Source: a virus. From it: a stretch of 64,000 nt of DNA. Shown here piece by piece: positions 27,153 through 37,515 of this stretch. Within the stretch, counting starts at the first letter, position 1; every line of letters begins with the position of its first letter. The DNA is taken from positions 2,670 to 66,669 of the IMG/VR virus record IMGVR_UViG_3300037875_000252; one strand, given 5' to 3'. Both the position numbers and the translations under genes were made by a program. The notes beneath the pieces are model-generated. The model saw only the letters and a list, made by a program, of their open reading frames with translations. It was not told where the DNA came from and did no database searches.

Positions 27153-30100
27153 AAATTGGTATAATTGGTGATATACACGCAGATCAAAATAACATAAAAG
27201 AAACAGATATTGGTATGAGTAATCTTTTAAATGTATTATATGATCATGATGTACAATGGTTATTAGTAACAGGTGACATATTCCATGATTTCAATATAGG
27301 CGGTAAAGAAAATAGTTTTGGTAATGTGTTTGATTCTATTAACAGACCATTAAATGATTTCTTAAAGGAAAAAGAAAAGAATAGTATATTAATGATCCCT
27401 GGAAATCATGATACACCAACAGATAAAAATTCTAAAGATGCTTTGTATTCTTTTGATTATAGAAAAAATTTACACATATCCAGAAATATTAGAAGTTTCA
27501 ATATAGGTGAGAATGTAACAATAGCCACACTACCTTGGATGTGGTCTACAATGTACAAAGATAAGAATGAAATACTTACCAGATTAAAAGAAATTAGAGA
27601 AGTCACAAAAAGTAACACTAACATATTAATAGGTCATTGTGAAATAGAAGGAAGTGAATTACCTAACGGATATGCAATGTTTGGTGGTAACTTTAGTTTT
27701 ACTAAAAAAGAACTAGATAGTATAGGATATGATAAAATAGCTTTAGGTCATATACATAAACAACAAGGATATTTTACAGGTACACCTTGGCAACATGATT
27801 TTGGTGAAAGCTCACTTACAGGACAAGTTAGAATAATAGATACAAATAAGAAAACAGATAAATTTGTAGAAATACCTAATACTGTTAAGTATTATAATAT
27901 TAATATTGAAAATGTTGATAGTTTCAAGTGTGGTAAGTTGGATAATGTAAAAGTTTTAGGTAACAAGTTAGATAGAAGATTACCTGATGGTTATAAGTTT
28001 CAGAAAATGAAAGAAAACTATTCATCAGTAGCAAGAAGTAATGTATCCGGTGATGAAACTGTAAATACATTGCTTGGTAAATGGTTAAAAGAGAAGAAGA
28101 TTAAAACTAATATCAAAGATTTGACAAATATATTAGATAAGATAGATGTACCTAATAGCCATATATGTAATGGATCGTTAATTAGTTTTGAATCTGTACA
28201 TATTAAAGGTATTGGACCACACAAAGACACGTATATAGAATTTAAAGATCCTATAATAGCTATAACAGGATCGAATGGTTGCGGAAAGACGTTACTTATT
28301 GAAAGTATATTTGCATCTTTATATGGTTATCTTCCATCTTACGGTAAAATTAAAGATGTATCTAATGAACGTTCATCAATAGAAACTATATTTAAAGTTG
28401 ATGAAATAAATAAATATGTAATAATTAGAAAATTAAATAAAAATAAACAAACAGCTTTCTTATATAAGAATGGTGAGAAGTTAGTTGGTCCTAAAATAAG
28501 CGAAGTTAATAAATATATAGAAAAATTAATTGGACCAAAAGAATTAATACTATCATCTATATTTTCTACACAGTTTTATTCAGGTGATATTGTAGAGTTA
28601 GAACCCACAGATAGAAAAGAAATATTTCATAAGTTATTAGGTTTAAATAACTTAACAAGTATAAAAGAAAAAGTTGATGAAAAACTAAAGTTTTCTAAAG
28701 CAGAGAAAGAAAAGTTAAGTAATCAATCTGATGCAGTATCTACAGTTGAAGAAATAGCTAATAATATTAAAATTAATAAAGATGTTATAGAAGAAGTAGA
28801 AGGTAATATAGTTAAACATGAAAAGAAATTAGAAGTAAGTAATTCATCACTTAAAAGCTTAAACAGTGCTAAGAATAACTATGAAAAAGAATTAACTATT
28901 AAGAATGGTAATGAAGATAAGTTAGTGAAAGTAAAAAATAAAATAGTAGAATTAAAAGAATTAGAAAAACAATATAATAATGAAATAAAAGAAAATAGTT
29001 CTAAGAAAGATACTGTAGAATTGGATTTGGAGTTAAGAAATAAGAATAAATTATTAGATAGTTTTAATGTACAGTATAAGGAACAAACAAAACAACTTGC
29101 TGAACTATTAATTCTAAATAATGTTGTTACAGAAAAACAAGAAATATATAATAACTGGACATTAAGAATTGAAACTATTAAAAATAAAAATAATGATAGT
29201 TTAGAATCAATAGAAAAAGATACAGTACTTTTAAAAGAAGTTGGGTGTAGAGATAAACCACTACCTTGTAAATTTATAGACTCTGCTAAAGATAATTGCG
29301 GTACTCTAGTAAAAGTACAAAAAGAATTTATGGACGGTATTAAATTTGCAGAATGTGAACGCAGAGTATGTAAGAAGGATCTTGATAAATCAAAGAAAGA
29401 AAGAGATGATTATAAAGTAGTTGAAATAGATGAAGATATATACAATACTTTAAATGATGAAGTAAAAGAACTTAGAAATAAAGTAGAATCCCACAATAAT
29501 AGTAAGTTGAAATTATCTGAATGTGTAACTAATTTAAATAATGTTAGTTATAATATAGTTGAAAAAGAAAAAGAAAGAGATTCTATTAATCAATATTTAT
29601 TATTATTTTCTGATATAAATCAGGAAGTAGTTGATAAATTAGAAAAAAGTATTAGTGTATGTAATGAAGATATTAAAATCTTTAATGATTTAATAACAAA
29701 ATACCATGTACATAAAGCAAAATGTATTAAAGAACTAGAGTTCTGTAAGAATGAAATTATATCACTAACTGAATATGAGTATAGCATCAAAGAATTAACA
29801 AAAAATATAACTAAGTTAGACATATTATCAGAAGCATTTAGTAAAAACGGTATACCACAATTAATTATTGATTCTTCTTTACCACAATTACAGGATATAT
29901 TTAATATATTAACTAATTATATTAACAAGTTTAGTATAAAAATATCAACACAAAAACAACAAAAAGAAAGTGTTAAAGAGACAATAGATTTTATAGTTGA
30001 TGACGGTATTAAACCTAGAGACATTAAGTATTATTCAGGTGGTGAAAAAAAACTGCTTAAAAGTTTAATTAGATTAAGTTTGTCATTATTTCAAACACAG

Positions 30101-30316
30101 AAAACAGGTAAGAATTATAAAGTACTATTCATAGATGAAGTGTTTGATAATCTTGATAAAGAAAACTCTATATTACTATTGAAAATAATATACAATTTGA
30201 GTAGTAGGTTTAATCAAATCTTTATAGTAAGCCATTCTACAGATATTATTAATAATTTAAGTAGTTGTATAAAATTAGAACGTAATGGAGAAAGGACAAT
30301 AATTAATGTTAAATAA
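27149..30316 (+). CDS. Fused SbcD/Mre11 nuclease and SbcC/Rad50 ATPase
   Basis: GDIH, GDIFH, GNHD, GHIH; then GSNGCGKT, coiled coil, SGGEK signature, FIDE, VSH. Confidence 0.9.
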   Translation: MKIGIIGDIHADQNNIKETDIGMSNLLNVLYDHDVQWLLVTGDIFHDFNIGGKENSFGNVFDSINRPLNDFLKEKEKNSILMIPGNHDTPTDKNSKDALYSFDYRKNLHISRNIRSFNIGENVTIATLPWMWSTMYKDKNEILTRLKEIREVTKSNTNILIGHCEIEGSELPNGYAMFGGNFSFTKKELDSIGYDKIALGHIHKQQGYFTGTPWQHDFGESSLTGQVRIIDTNKKTDKFVEIPNTVKYYNINIENVDSFKCGKLDNVKVLGNKLDRRLPDGYKFQKMKENYSSVARSNVSGDETVNTLLGKWLKEKKIKTNIKDLTNILDKIDVPNSHICNGSLISFESVHIKGIGPHKDTYIEFKDPIIAITGSNGCGKTLLIESIFASLYGYLPSYGKIKDVSNERSSIETIFKVDEINKYVIIRKLNKNKQTAFLYKNGEKLVGPKISEVNKYIEKLIGPKELILSSIFSTQFYSGDIVELEPTDRKEIFHKLLGLNNLTSIKEKVDEKLKFSKAEKEKLSNQSDAVSTVEEIANNIKINKDVIEEVEGNIVKHEKKLEVSNSSLKSLNSAKNNYEKELTIKNGNEDKLVKVKNKIVELKELEKQYNNEIKENSSKKDTVELDLELRNKNKLLDSFNVQYKEQTKQLAELLILNNVVTEKQEIYNNWTLRIETIKNKNNDSLESIEKDTVLLKEVGCRDKPLPCKFIDSAKDNCGTLVKVQKEFMDGIKFAECERRVCKKDLDKSKKERDDYKVVEIDEDIYNTLNDEVKELRNKVESHNNSKLKLSECVTNLNNVSYNIVEKEKERDSINQYLLLFSDINQEVVDKLEKSISVCNEDIKIFNDLITKYHVHKAKCIKELEFCKNEIISLTEYEYSIKELTKNITKLDILSEAFSKNGIPQLIIDSSLPQLQDIFNILTNYINKFSIKISTQKQQKESVKETIDFIVDDGIKPRDIKYYSGGEKKLLKSLIRLSLSLFQTQKTGKNYKVLFIDEVFDNLDKENSILLLKIIYNLSSRFNQIFIVSHSTDIINNLSSCIKLERNGERTIINVK

Positions 30317-30620
30317 ATATAAGATAGTTAAAGAAATAAATCACCATAATAATAAATTTTATTATCATGTTTACCGTAAATCAAATAATTTCTTTAAATC
30401 AATATGTGAAAACTTTTGTTGTTGGGTATATTTAGATTCTTATTCAAGTTTTAAAAGTGCAAATAATAGAATAGGTAATGAAGTTGAAAATGATAAAAAT
30501 ATAGAAATTAAACTAAAACAATTAAAAGAAAACACTACATTCAAATATACACCAATACCAGATCACATACCAGATGAACAACAGGAACAATATGTTATAG
30601 AAAGTATGAAAAAGAAATGA
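30306..30620 (+). CDS. PxHIP-family protein (non-CxxC N-terminus)
   Basis: IPDHIPDEQQEQY. Confidence 0.65.
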   Translation: MLNKYKIVKEINHHNNKFYYHVYRKSNNFFKSICENFCCWVYLDSYSSFKSANNRIGNEVENDKNIEIKLKQLKENTTFKYTPIPDHIPDEQQEQYVIESMKKK

Positions 30621-30880
30621 AAAAAATAGAAAAATTTGAATGTTATGCAAATAAAGTAATATTTAATGAAAATACTTGTGCAAGTGATAACTGTAAATGG
30701 ATAATTCCTTGTAAGATAATGTGTGGTAATAAAGTAGATATGTTTGAATATGCTTTAATAGAAACATTACAAGGTATATTAGAACGTGGAGAGATGACAG
30801 AAGTGTTAATAAAAAATTATAACATATCACCTAACGCTGTTAAACAGGCTGTTAAACGATGGAAAAAACTAAAGAAATAA
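30617..30880 (+). CDS. Hypothetical protein (possible C-terminal HTH)
   Basis: Cys cluster then YNISPNAVKQAVKRW. Confidence 0.55.
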   Translation: MKKIEKFECYANKVIFNENTCASDNCKWIIPCKIMCGNKVDMFEYALIETLQGILERGEMTEVLIKNYNISPNAVKQAVKRWKKLKK

Positions 30881-31062
30881 TTTGTGATAATTGTAATAAC
30901 ACACCAACTTCACAATACAATAAAGGTGTTTGGTGTTGGGGTGTCACATATATACCAAAACATATACCTAAACCACAACACAAAAGGTACAGAAAGTCTA
31001 TAATTAAAAAAGCAATCGATGAAAATTATTGTGATATGTATCAATCAAATGAAGAAAACTAA
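30859..31062 (+). CDS. PxHIP-family small protein
   Basis: CDNC..IPKHIPKPQHKRY. Confidence 0.7.
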   Translation: MEKTKEIICDNCNNTPTSQYNKGVWCWGVTYIPKHIPKPQHKRYRKSIIKKAIDENYCDMYQSNEEN

Positions 31063-31067
31063 ATAAT

Positions 31068-33206
31068 ATGAATATAAATATAAACGGTAACACAGCAAAG
31101 ATTTCAGGTCACTATAGTTTCACACAGGTAGATAATATTCTATCTTTTAAGAGTCCTAACTATTGGTTTTCACCAGCTTTCAAGTCTGGTAAATGGGATG
31201 GTAATATACGTTTCTTAAAGAAAGATGGGTCATTTCCAGTTGGATTTTTAAAGAGGGTATTAAAATCACTCCCTGAAACTAAAGTTACATATAATGAATC
31301 AGATATGGAAATAGATACTGATTCATTATTTTACTATATTAAGAAGAATAACCTCAGAGATTATCAGTATAATTCTATTAGGATATCTTTAAAAGAAAAA
31401 ATAGGTATAGTAAAATTAGCTACTAATGCAGGTAAAGGTAGATGTATTGCAGGTATAACAACTGCATTATCTAAATACAATGTGTTAATATTAGCAGATA
31501 GAATAGATGTATTATCAGAACTAGAAAAGGAATTAAAAGGATTATATAATTATGAATTATGCACATTTCAAAGTGCAAAGAAGTTAGATTTATCATCATT
31601 TGATGCAGTACTTATAGACGAGTGTATACATCCAGGATCTTATATACTTTTACCTGATGGTAGTTCAAAAACTATAGCAAAAGTATATAAAGATAAAGAA
31701 CCTTATGTCCTAACTGTAGATAATGGTAAATTAGTAAAAGGTAAAGTATTAAGACACATAAAAAATAAAATAAGAGGTAGAAAAATATTAAGAATTAAAG
31801 TTAAAAATAAACATGGAAGATATAGTACAATGTCTTGTACAGATAATCATGGTATTTTTACAACTAATGGAAAAATAAGAGCAGATAAACTTAATATAGG
31901 TGATGAAGTATATTATGTTTACGGTAGAAAAGAAAAACAGAAATTTATTAGAGGTAATGTAAATAGAATAAAAAAGCAAAAAAATGTAAGTTTAGGTGCT
32001 AAAAATTCTAAATGGAGAGGTGGTAGAGTATTATGTGGTGAGATAGGATCACAATACTATTACTTAACTAAATCAGGTTTATTACATAATTTAGAATTAC
32101 TAGAAGATTTATCATCAATTAGTGAATTACAAATTAAAAATTATATAGAATTATGGTATGATAAATTACCAAATAGAATAAGAGAACATAGATTAATAAT
32201 GTCTTTACATAGAGGAAGGTTATTATTTAAAAAAGAACATATACATCATATGGATAATAATAAATTAAATAACTATATAAACAATCTTAGTATAGTAGAT
32301 AAATTAAATCATTGTAAATTTCATAATACAAAAAGAAACAAAAAATATGATAGTTTAAATTATGAGACAGCTAAAATAATAAGTATAGAAGAAAATAAAA
32401 TTAAAAGTAATCATGTATATAATTTGGAAATTGAAAAAACAAATAAGTATTTTGCTGGAGATATATTGGTTAGTAATTGTAGTTCTGTTGGTGCTAATAC
32501 ATTCTATAAAATAGTTACTGGATGTATTAATGCTAAAATAAGAATAGGATTTAGCGCAACACCTAAAAGAAGTGATGGAAAAGACTATTATATAGAAGCT
32601 TCTATTGGTAATGTAATAATAAGTGTAGAGCAAGATGAATTAATAAGAAGGGGTATATCTGTTAAACCTAAAATATATTTAATACCATTTAGGGTAGATT
32701 TTACAGATGGTCATGGTTATAGTAAATCAGAAGATTTATTAGTGAATAAAAAAGAAAGAAATAAAATTATAGTTGATTTATGTAAAGATAAACATGAGGT
32801 AGTAGTTCTATATAAAAAACATAAACATGGAGAATTATTACATAAATTAATACCAGATTCAGTATATTTAGATGGTAGAGATAAAAAATCTAAAAGAGAT
32901 AAAATAAAGAAAGATTTTATTAGTGGAAAAATTAAAGTATTACTGGCATCTAATATATTTGATAAAGGTATTAACCTACCTAATATAAAAGTATTAATAT
33001 TAGCTTGGGGTGGTAGATCACCTTCTGGTTTAATACAAAAGATTGGTAGAGCAGTAAGGAATTGTGATGGTAAAAATAGTGTTGATATTTATTGTTTCGC
33101 TGAACTTGGTGATAAGTATTTTAATAAACACACTAAAATACGTATAGATGAATTGATTGATGAAGGTTATGATGTGGAGACATATAAACCAGGAGTAATA
33201 AAATAA
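31068..33206 (+). CDS. SF2 DNA helicase (UvsW-like) with intein
   Basis: LRDYQ, ATNAGK, IDE/C, GFSATP, GINLP, QKIGRAVR. Confidence 0.88.
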   Translation: MNININGNTAKISGHYSFTQVDNILSFKSPNYWFSPAFKSGKWDGNIRFLKKDGSFPVGFLKRVLKSLPETKVTYNESDMEIDTDSLFYYIKKNNLRDYQYNSIRISLKEKIGIVKLATNAGKGRCIAGITTALSKYNVLILADRIDVLSELEKELKGLYNYELCTFQSAKKLDLSSFDAVLIDECIHPGSYILLPDGSSKTIAKVYKDKEPYVLTVDNGKLVKGKVLRHIKNKIRGRKILRIKVKNKHGRYSTMSCTDNHGIFTTNGKIRADKLNIGDEVYYVYGRKEKQKFIRGNVNRIKKQKNVSLGAKNSKWRGGRVLCGEIGSQYYYLTKSGLLHNLELLEDLSSISELQIKNYIELWYDKLPNRIREHRLIMSLHRGRLLFKKEHIHHMDNNKLNNYINNLSIVDKLNHCKFHNTKRNKKYDSLNYETAKIISIEENKIKSNHVYNLEIEKTNKYFAGDILVSNCSSVGANTFYKIVTGCINAKIRIGFSATPKRSDGKDYYIEASIGNVIISVEQDELIRRGISVKPKIYLIPFRVDFTDGHGYSKSEDLLVNKKERNKIIVDLCKDKHEVVVLYKKHKHGELLHKLIPDSVYLDGRDKKSKRDKIKKDFISGKIKVLLASNIFDKGINLPNIKVLILAWGGRSPSGLIQKIGRAVRNCDGKNSVDIYCFAELGDKYFNKHTKIRIDELIDEGYDVETYKPGVIK
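31623..32477 (+). mobile_element. Intein (285 aa) with HNH endonuclease domain
   Basis: CIHPGS..TDNH..HRLIM..HIHHMDNNKLNN..VYNLEI..ILVSN/C. Confidence 0.85.
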
Positions 33207-33419
33207 ATGGAAATAGATCTACAACCTACGGGTACGATATTTAATAAAAACTATTATAATACATATTATGATTGTTTATATTGTTTATCTGATAGTAAAC
33301 CATTAAAAATTGAATATTGTAATTGTAAACATATACCAAAACATATACCAAATGAACAAAAAGATAAATATATTAGAGAAATGGTAAAAAAATTACCTTA
33401 TAAGTATATATGGGAATGA
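33207..33419 (+). CDS. PxHIP-family small Zn-finger protein
   Basis: CLYC..CNC..IPKHIPNEQKDKY. Confidence 0.7.
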   Translation: MEIDLQPTGTIFNKNYYNTYYDCLYCLSDSKPLKIEYCNCKHIPKHIPNEQKDKYIREMVKKLPYKYIWE

Positions 33420-33676
33420 AAATAGAAAATTGTTATATATGTGGTAATAAACCATTTAGGTCTTTTTATTATGGTATTAAAAATGGTTTTTTAGATGAAA
33501 CTGGGTTAAATATTAACTTTTTTTCTTTTGAAAAAAGACCTAATTATGTAAATTTATGTGAAAATCATTTTATGAGTTTAGGAAGTGTTAGTTGCGTACC
33601 AGATCACATACCAAAAAAACAAGTATGGAATTTTTTATTAAATAAATTAGTTAAAGAAAATAAAGATGAAAAATAA
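33410..33676 (+). CDS. PxHIP-family small Zn-finger protein
   Basis: CYIC..CENH..VPDHIPKKQVWNF. Confidence 0.7.
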   Translation: MGMKIENCYICGNKPFRSFYYGIKNGFLDETGLNINFFSFEKRPNYVNLCENHFMSLGSVSCVPDHIPKKQVWNFLLNKLVKENKDEK

Positions 33677-33866
33677 ATGTCCTTATTGTAATAAAACAAA
33701 CTGTATAGCTACGCAAGTTTTTAGTAATGTTGATAATTATGGTGGTACTGGTGGAACTATTCCATGTTTACACTGTGGTAAAATCATTAAAGTTTATGCA
33801 ACTAGAGAAGTTATACTACATTCAGTAACTAAATCAAACAAATTAAGAGATGAATGTGATTGGTAA
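33666..33866 (+). CDS. Small Zn-ribbon protein
   Basis: CPYC..CLHC. Confidence 0.6.
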   Translation: MKNKCPYCNKTNCIATQVFSNVDNYGGTGGTIPCLHCGKIIKVYATREVILHSVTKSNKLRDECDW

Positions 33867-33887
33867 TTTTTAATAAAGGAGAAATAA

Positions 33888-34181
33888 ATGGATGATAAAC
33901 TAACAAAACAAGATATTGATTTACTAGTTGAAGGAATTGAGATGTGGGAGAAATATCCTGAGATGATAATAAACACATATGAATTTATGAAACAAGGATA
34001 TATAGAAAAAGGTTCTACACAACCAATTGATGAAGCTACACAAATAAAAATTAAAGAATTAAAAGAGCAAATTAAAACTAGAAAGCATCAAGCTATACTT
34101 ATTAAATACAAATTAGTAAAATTAAATCATGTGTTAGATGTAGAAGAAATAGAGAAAAAATTTAACAAGGAACAAAATTGA
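33888..34181 (+). CDS. Hypothetical protein
   Basis: AAGGAG RBS, 97 aa. Confidence 0.6.
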   Translation: MDDKLTKQDIDLLVEGIEMWEKYPEMIINTYEFMKQGYIEKGSTQPIDEATQIKIKELKEQIKTRKHQAILIKYKLVKLNHVLDVEEIEKKFNKEQN

Positions 34182-34444
34182 AATCATCATGCGGCAATTG
34201 TGGAGATTTTGTTAGTGGTGTTGTAGTAAATTACTACTATAACAATCAAAGTATGATATATTGTTGTTTTGATAATAATTATGATGGTGTATTTATTGTT
34301 GAAGAAAATATATTTATTATTTGTAAAGAATGTGAAAATGAATTTAATATAAATAAATTCTCTGATTATCATATACCAAAACATATACCAGAAAAACAAA
34401 GACATAAATATTTTAAAACTTTTATAGAAAAGAATAGAAAATGA
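34178..34444 (+). CDS. PxHIP-family small Zn-finger protein
   Basis: CGNC..CKEC..IPKHIPEKQRHKY. Confidence 0.7.
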   Translation: MKSSCGNCGDFVSGVVVNYYYNNQSMIYCCFDNNYDGVFIVEENIFIICKECENEFNINKFSDYHIPKHIPEKQRHKYFKTFIEKNRK

Positions 34445-34908
34445 ATACTTTAGATCTAATAAATCTATATGAGAGGTTAGTAAGAGAAAAACATTCTCGT
34501 TTCTATAAAATAAGTAGAAGAGGTGATGCTTATGTAAAACACAGAAAAACTTTCTCTAAGCTAAATGAAAAACTTAAAAAGAAAGATATATCACCAGATG
34601 ATTTTATAAGGATACAGTTTAGTGCTAAAGGATATAAGCCTTATCCTAACCAACTACTATCTAAAGTAGCTATGCAAAGATATTTAGATCATATTAGTTG
34701 TATAACAAGTGAAGAAATAAATAGAACTCAAGAATCATATTTACGTGAATTATGTGAAGATGGTTACACATTAGAAGAAGCATTGCAATTTGATATATTC
34801 TACTATTATTTCAGATGTAGTAAGTTAAAAGATTATCCTAAAAATTGGTTGTTTTTAGCACAGAAAGAAATTGAGAAAACACCAGAACTTAAAAACATAA
34901 AATTATGA
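34441..34908 (+). CDS. Hypothetical protein upstream of DnaB (possible helicase partner)
   Basis: P.DFI..QF..PYPNQL.S pattern and position. Confidence 0.55.
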   Translation: MNTLDLINLYERLVREKHSRFYKISRRGDAYVKHRKTFSKLNEKLKKKDISPDDFIRIQFSAKGYKPYPNQLLSKVAMQRYLDHISCITSEEINRTQESYLRELCEDGYTLEEALQFDIFYYYFRCSKLKDYPKNWLFLAQKEIEKTPELKNIKL

Positions 34909-35094
34909 AATGTAAAAAATGTAAATTATGATAATTGTACATGTGTTACATGTACAGGAGAAGTTAATATTGGTATATGTGGTGAATGTGTTTCTAATAT
35001 TTACTATGAAATAATAACATTACCAAAACATATACCAGAAAAACAAAGACATAAATATAAAGTAGAATATATAAAGGAGAATTATGACGGATGA
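34905..35094 (+). pseudogene. Frameshifted PxHIP-family copy
   Basis: MKCKKCKL* then +1 frame CTCVTC..CGEC..LPKHIPEKQRHKY. Confidence 0.6.
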
Positions 35095-36319
35095 ATTTGA
35101 GAAACTATTAATATCAGCACTACTAAAAGATAAACAATTTTTAAAAGAAACAATAGGTTATATTGATGATGAAATATTTAAAAATCAATACTATAAATAT
35201 TTTTATTCTATATTAGAAACATATTATAATAAGTATAATAATGTAATACCTTTTGATATATTTAAATATTTACTATCCAAAACTTTAACTAAACAAAATT
35301 TCTCTAACGAAGAATTCCCTATAATATCAGGATTAATAATTGATATATTTGATACAAAATACGATATTAAATTTTTAAAGTCTGAAATAGGTAATCACAT
35401 AAAAGAACGTAAGTTAAGAAAAATATTATCAAGTGCTAGTCAAAATTTTAATTTAAATAAAATTGAAAAACTATTAGAAGATTTAAAAGATGCTAATAAA
35501 TATGATCCTGAAGAAGATAAACCACTTGAATACGTATCATCATTACACAAAAGAAGTCTTGGTCAAAAGCCAGTACCAACATCTATTACTAGTTTAGATA
35601 CTATTATTGGTGGTGGAATAACTCCAGGTGAATTTGGTTTAATTTCTGCTCAAACTGGTGGTTGTAAATCTATGACTTTATTAAATTTTGCTTGGGGTGC
35701 TGTTCATTTAGGTTTTAGGGTATTGTTTATAACCCTAGAAGATTCTATGGATACTGTGATGCAAAGATTTGATGCTTTATTCTCAAATCAAGAATTTATA
35801 ACTTTTAGGAGAGACCCAACAGCTTCACAAAGAATTAAAAATAAAGTACTTGAACATAAAAATAAATTATATGTGAAGGATTTTTCATCTGGTATATGTA
35901 CAGTAGGTAAAATAAGGTCAGTTATAGCTGGTATGGATAAAATGGATTTAATTGTAGTAGATTATTTAGATGAATTAGGTGGAAGAAATAAGAGAAGTGA
36001 CAGATGGCAAGAAGTGGAAGATTCATCTAGGGAATTAAAAGCATTGGCATCTGAGTTAAATGTTCCTGTTTGGACAGCCACACAAACATCTTCAGCTAGT
36101 TATGGTAAGGAATTTGTAGGGTTACAACATATATATGGTGGTAAAGGTAAAGCACATATATCACATATTGTAATTACTGCTGTTCAGACAGAAGAGGAAA
36201 GAGCAGGTAATAGATTAAGATACATAATAAGCAAACAGAAAAATGGACCTAAAGGTGGAGTAGTGGATTGTATTGTTGACTTAGCTAAAGTTAGAATTCA
36301 TGATGCTAAACTAATATGA
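35084..36319 (+). CDS. dnaB: Replicative DnaB-like helicase
   Basis: LD.IIGGG..PGE, AQTGGCKS, FITLED, IVVDYLD, LKALA.ELNVPVWTATQ, KQKNG. Confidence 0.88.
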   Translation: MTDEFEKLLISALLKDKQFLKETIGYIDDEIFKNQYYKYFYSILETYYNKYNNVIPFDIFKYLLSKTLTKQNFSNEEFPIISGLIIDIFDTKYDIKFLKSEIGNHIKERKLRKILSSASQNFNLNKIEKLLEDLKDANKYDPEEDKPLEYVSSLHKRSLGQKPVPTSITSLDTIIGGGITPGEFGLISAQTGGCKSMTLLNFAWGAVHLGFRVLFITLEDSMDTVMQRFDALFSNQEFITFRRDPTASQRIKNKVLEHKNKLYVKDFSSGICTVGKIRSVIAGMDKMDLIVVDYLDELGGRNKRSDRWQEVEDSSRELKALASELNVPVWTATQTSSASYGKEFVGLQHIYGGKGKAHISHIVITAVQTEEERAGNRLRYIISKQKNGPKGGVVDCIVDLAKVRIHDAKLI

Positions 36320-36516
36320 ATAATGAATATTATTTGTGTAAAAAATGTAATACACAATATGAATATAAATACTGTATATTACAGGTAGGTTTTGATAGTA
36401 ACTCTAATGATGAACATAAAGGTTATTGTTATATTTGTTTTGTTGAATCTAAAATACCAGACCATATACCAAAAGAACAATGGTCAAAATACATGGATAA
36501 AAAATATGGAAACTAA
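36316..36516 (+). CDS. PxHIP-family small Zn-finger protein
   Basis: CKKC..CYIC..IPDHIPKEQWSKY. Confidence 0.7.
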   Translation: MNNEYYLCKKCNTQYEYKYCILQVGFDSNSNDEHKGYCYICFVESKIPDHIPKEQWSKYMDKKYGN

Positions 36517-36655
36517 CTGTGCGTTATGTATTCATAAAAGTTTTACACGTTCATTTTTAATTGGTGTTTGTTTAAAATGTAGAGATAAAATAATACCAGA
36601 CCACATACCATCAAGACAACATAAGAAATATTTAGAATTTAAAAAGATAATATGA
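36506..36655 (+). CDS. PxHIP-family small Zn-finger protein
   Basis: METNCALC..CLKC..IPDHIPSRQHKKY; start reassigned from 36392. Confidence 0.7.
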   Translation: METNCALCIHKSFTRSFLIGVCLKCRDKIIPDHIPSRQHKKYLEFKKII

Positions 36656-36822
36656 GAAAATGTTTACTTTGTTATAAAGATGTGTCAATATGTGATTTTC
36701 TACCTAATAGTAAAATATGTAGAACGTGTTTTTTTTGATATACACAAACTCGTACACAATCATATTCCAAAATAACAGTTTCTAAATATATAAAAGCAAA
36801 GATTAAGAAAAATGAAAGGATA
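36652..36822 (+). pseudogene. Decayed PxHIP-family copy
   Basis: MRKCLLC..CRTCFF* with poly-T frameshift, then VHNHIPK*QF. Confidence 0.55.
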
Positions 36823-36826
36823 AGAG

Positions 36827-37078
36827 ATGAAAAGTCTAAATGAACAAATAGATGATTTTATTATGCCATTCGGCAAATTTAAAGATTGTAAATTAGAAGA
36901 TGTAGATTTAGAATATCTTGATTGGTTTGCTATAAACTCCACAAATAGACTACATAGAATGATAGCAAATAAGTATATAGAAAGAGTAACTAAAAAGTTT
37001 AAAAATAATAATGTAGATTTAGATAGAGTAATTAATAAAGATGATGATTTAGAAAAAGAAATGAATGAACACTTTTAA
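36827..37078 (+). CDS. MPFGK-motif small protein (DUF3820-like)
   Basis: MPFGKFKD..LEDVD.EYLDW. Confidence 0.7.
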   Translation: MKSLNEQIDDFIMPFGKFKDCKLEDVDLEYLDWFAINSTNRLHRMIANKYIERVTKKFKNNNVDLDRVINKDDDLEKEMNEHF

Positions 37079-37086
37079 GGGGAATT

Positions 37087-37515
37087 ATGGATAACATAAA
37101 TAAGATAGATCGTGTAGCAGTTAGTGGTGAAAAGAATGGTAGATGGTCAGGTGGTGTTAATTCTTATTATAAAAACCATTACCAATTAAAACTTAATAGA
37201 AAAGAAAAGATGAAACAAGTAGGTAGTTTATGTGAGAAATGTGGTAAGAAAGTTCCACTATTTGCAACACATAAAGATGGTGACAAAGATAATCATATTA
37301 TAATTAATTTAGAAATGTTATGTAGTAGATGTAGACCAAGATCAAAAGACTATAATAGTAAATATGTTAAGAAGTTTGGTATGTCTATGGAAACTATGAA
37401 AAATAAATACAATCTTACAGAACATGACGTATATAAAAAATGTATTAAGACTTCTAGTAATGAGAAAGAAATAAAAATTAAATTAGAAAAACTTTCTGAA
37501 GAAAATAACAAATGA
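37087..37515 (+). CDS. HNH endonuclease-like protein
   Basis: GEKNGRWSGG, CEKCG, HKDGDKDNH..NL.MLC.RC. Confidence 0.75.
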   Translation: MDNINKIDRVAVSGEKNGRWSGGVNSYYKNHYQLKLNRKEKMKQVGSLCEKCGKKVPLFATHKDGDKDNHIIINLEMLCSRCRPRSKDYNSKYVKKFGMSMETMKNKYNLTEHDVYKKCIKTSSNEKEIKIKLEKLSEENNK

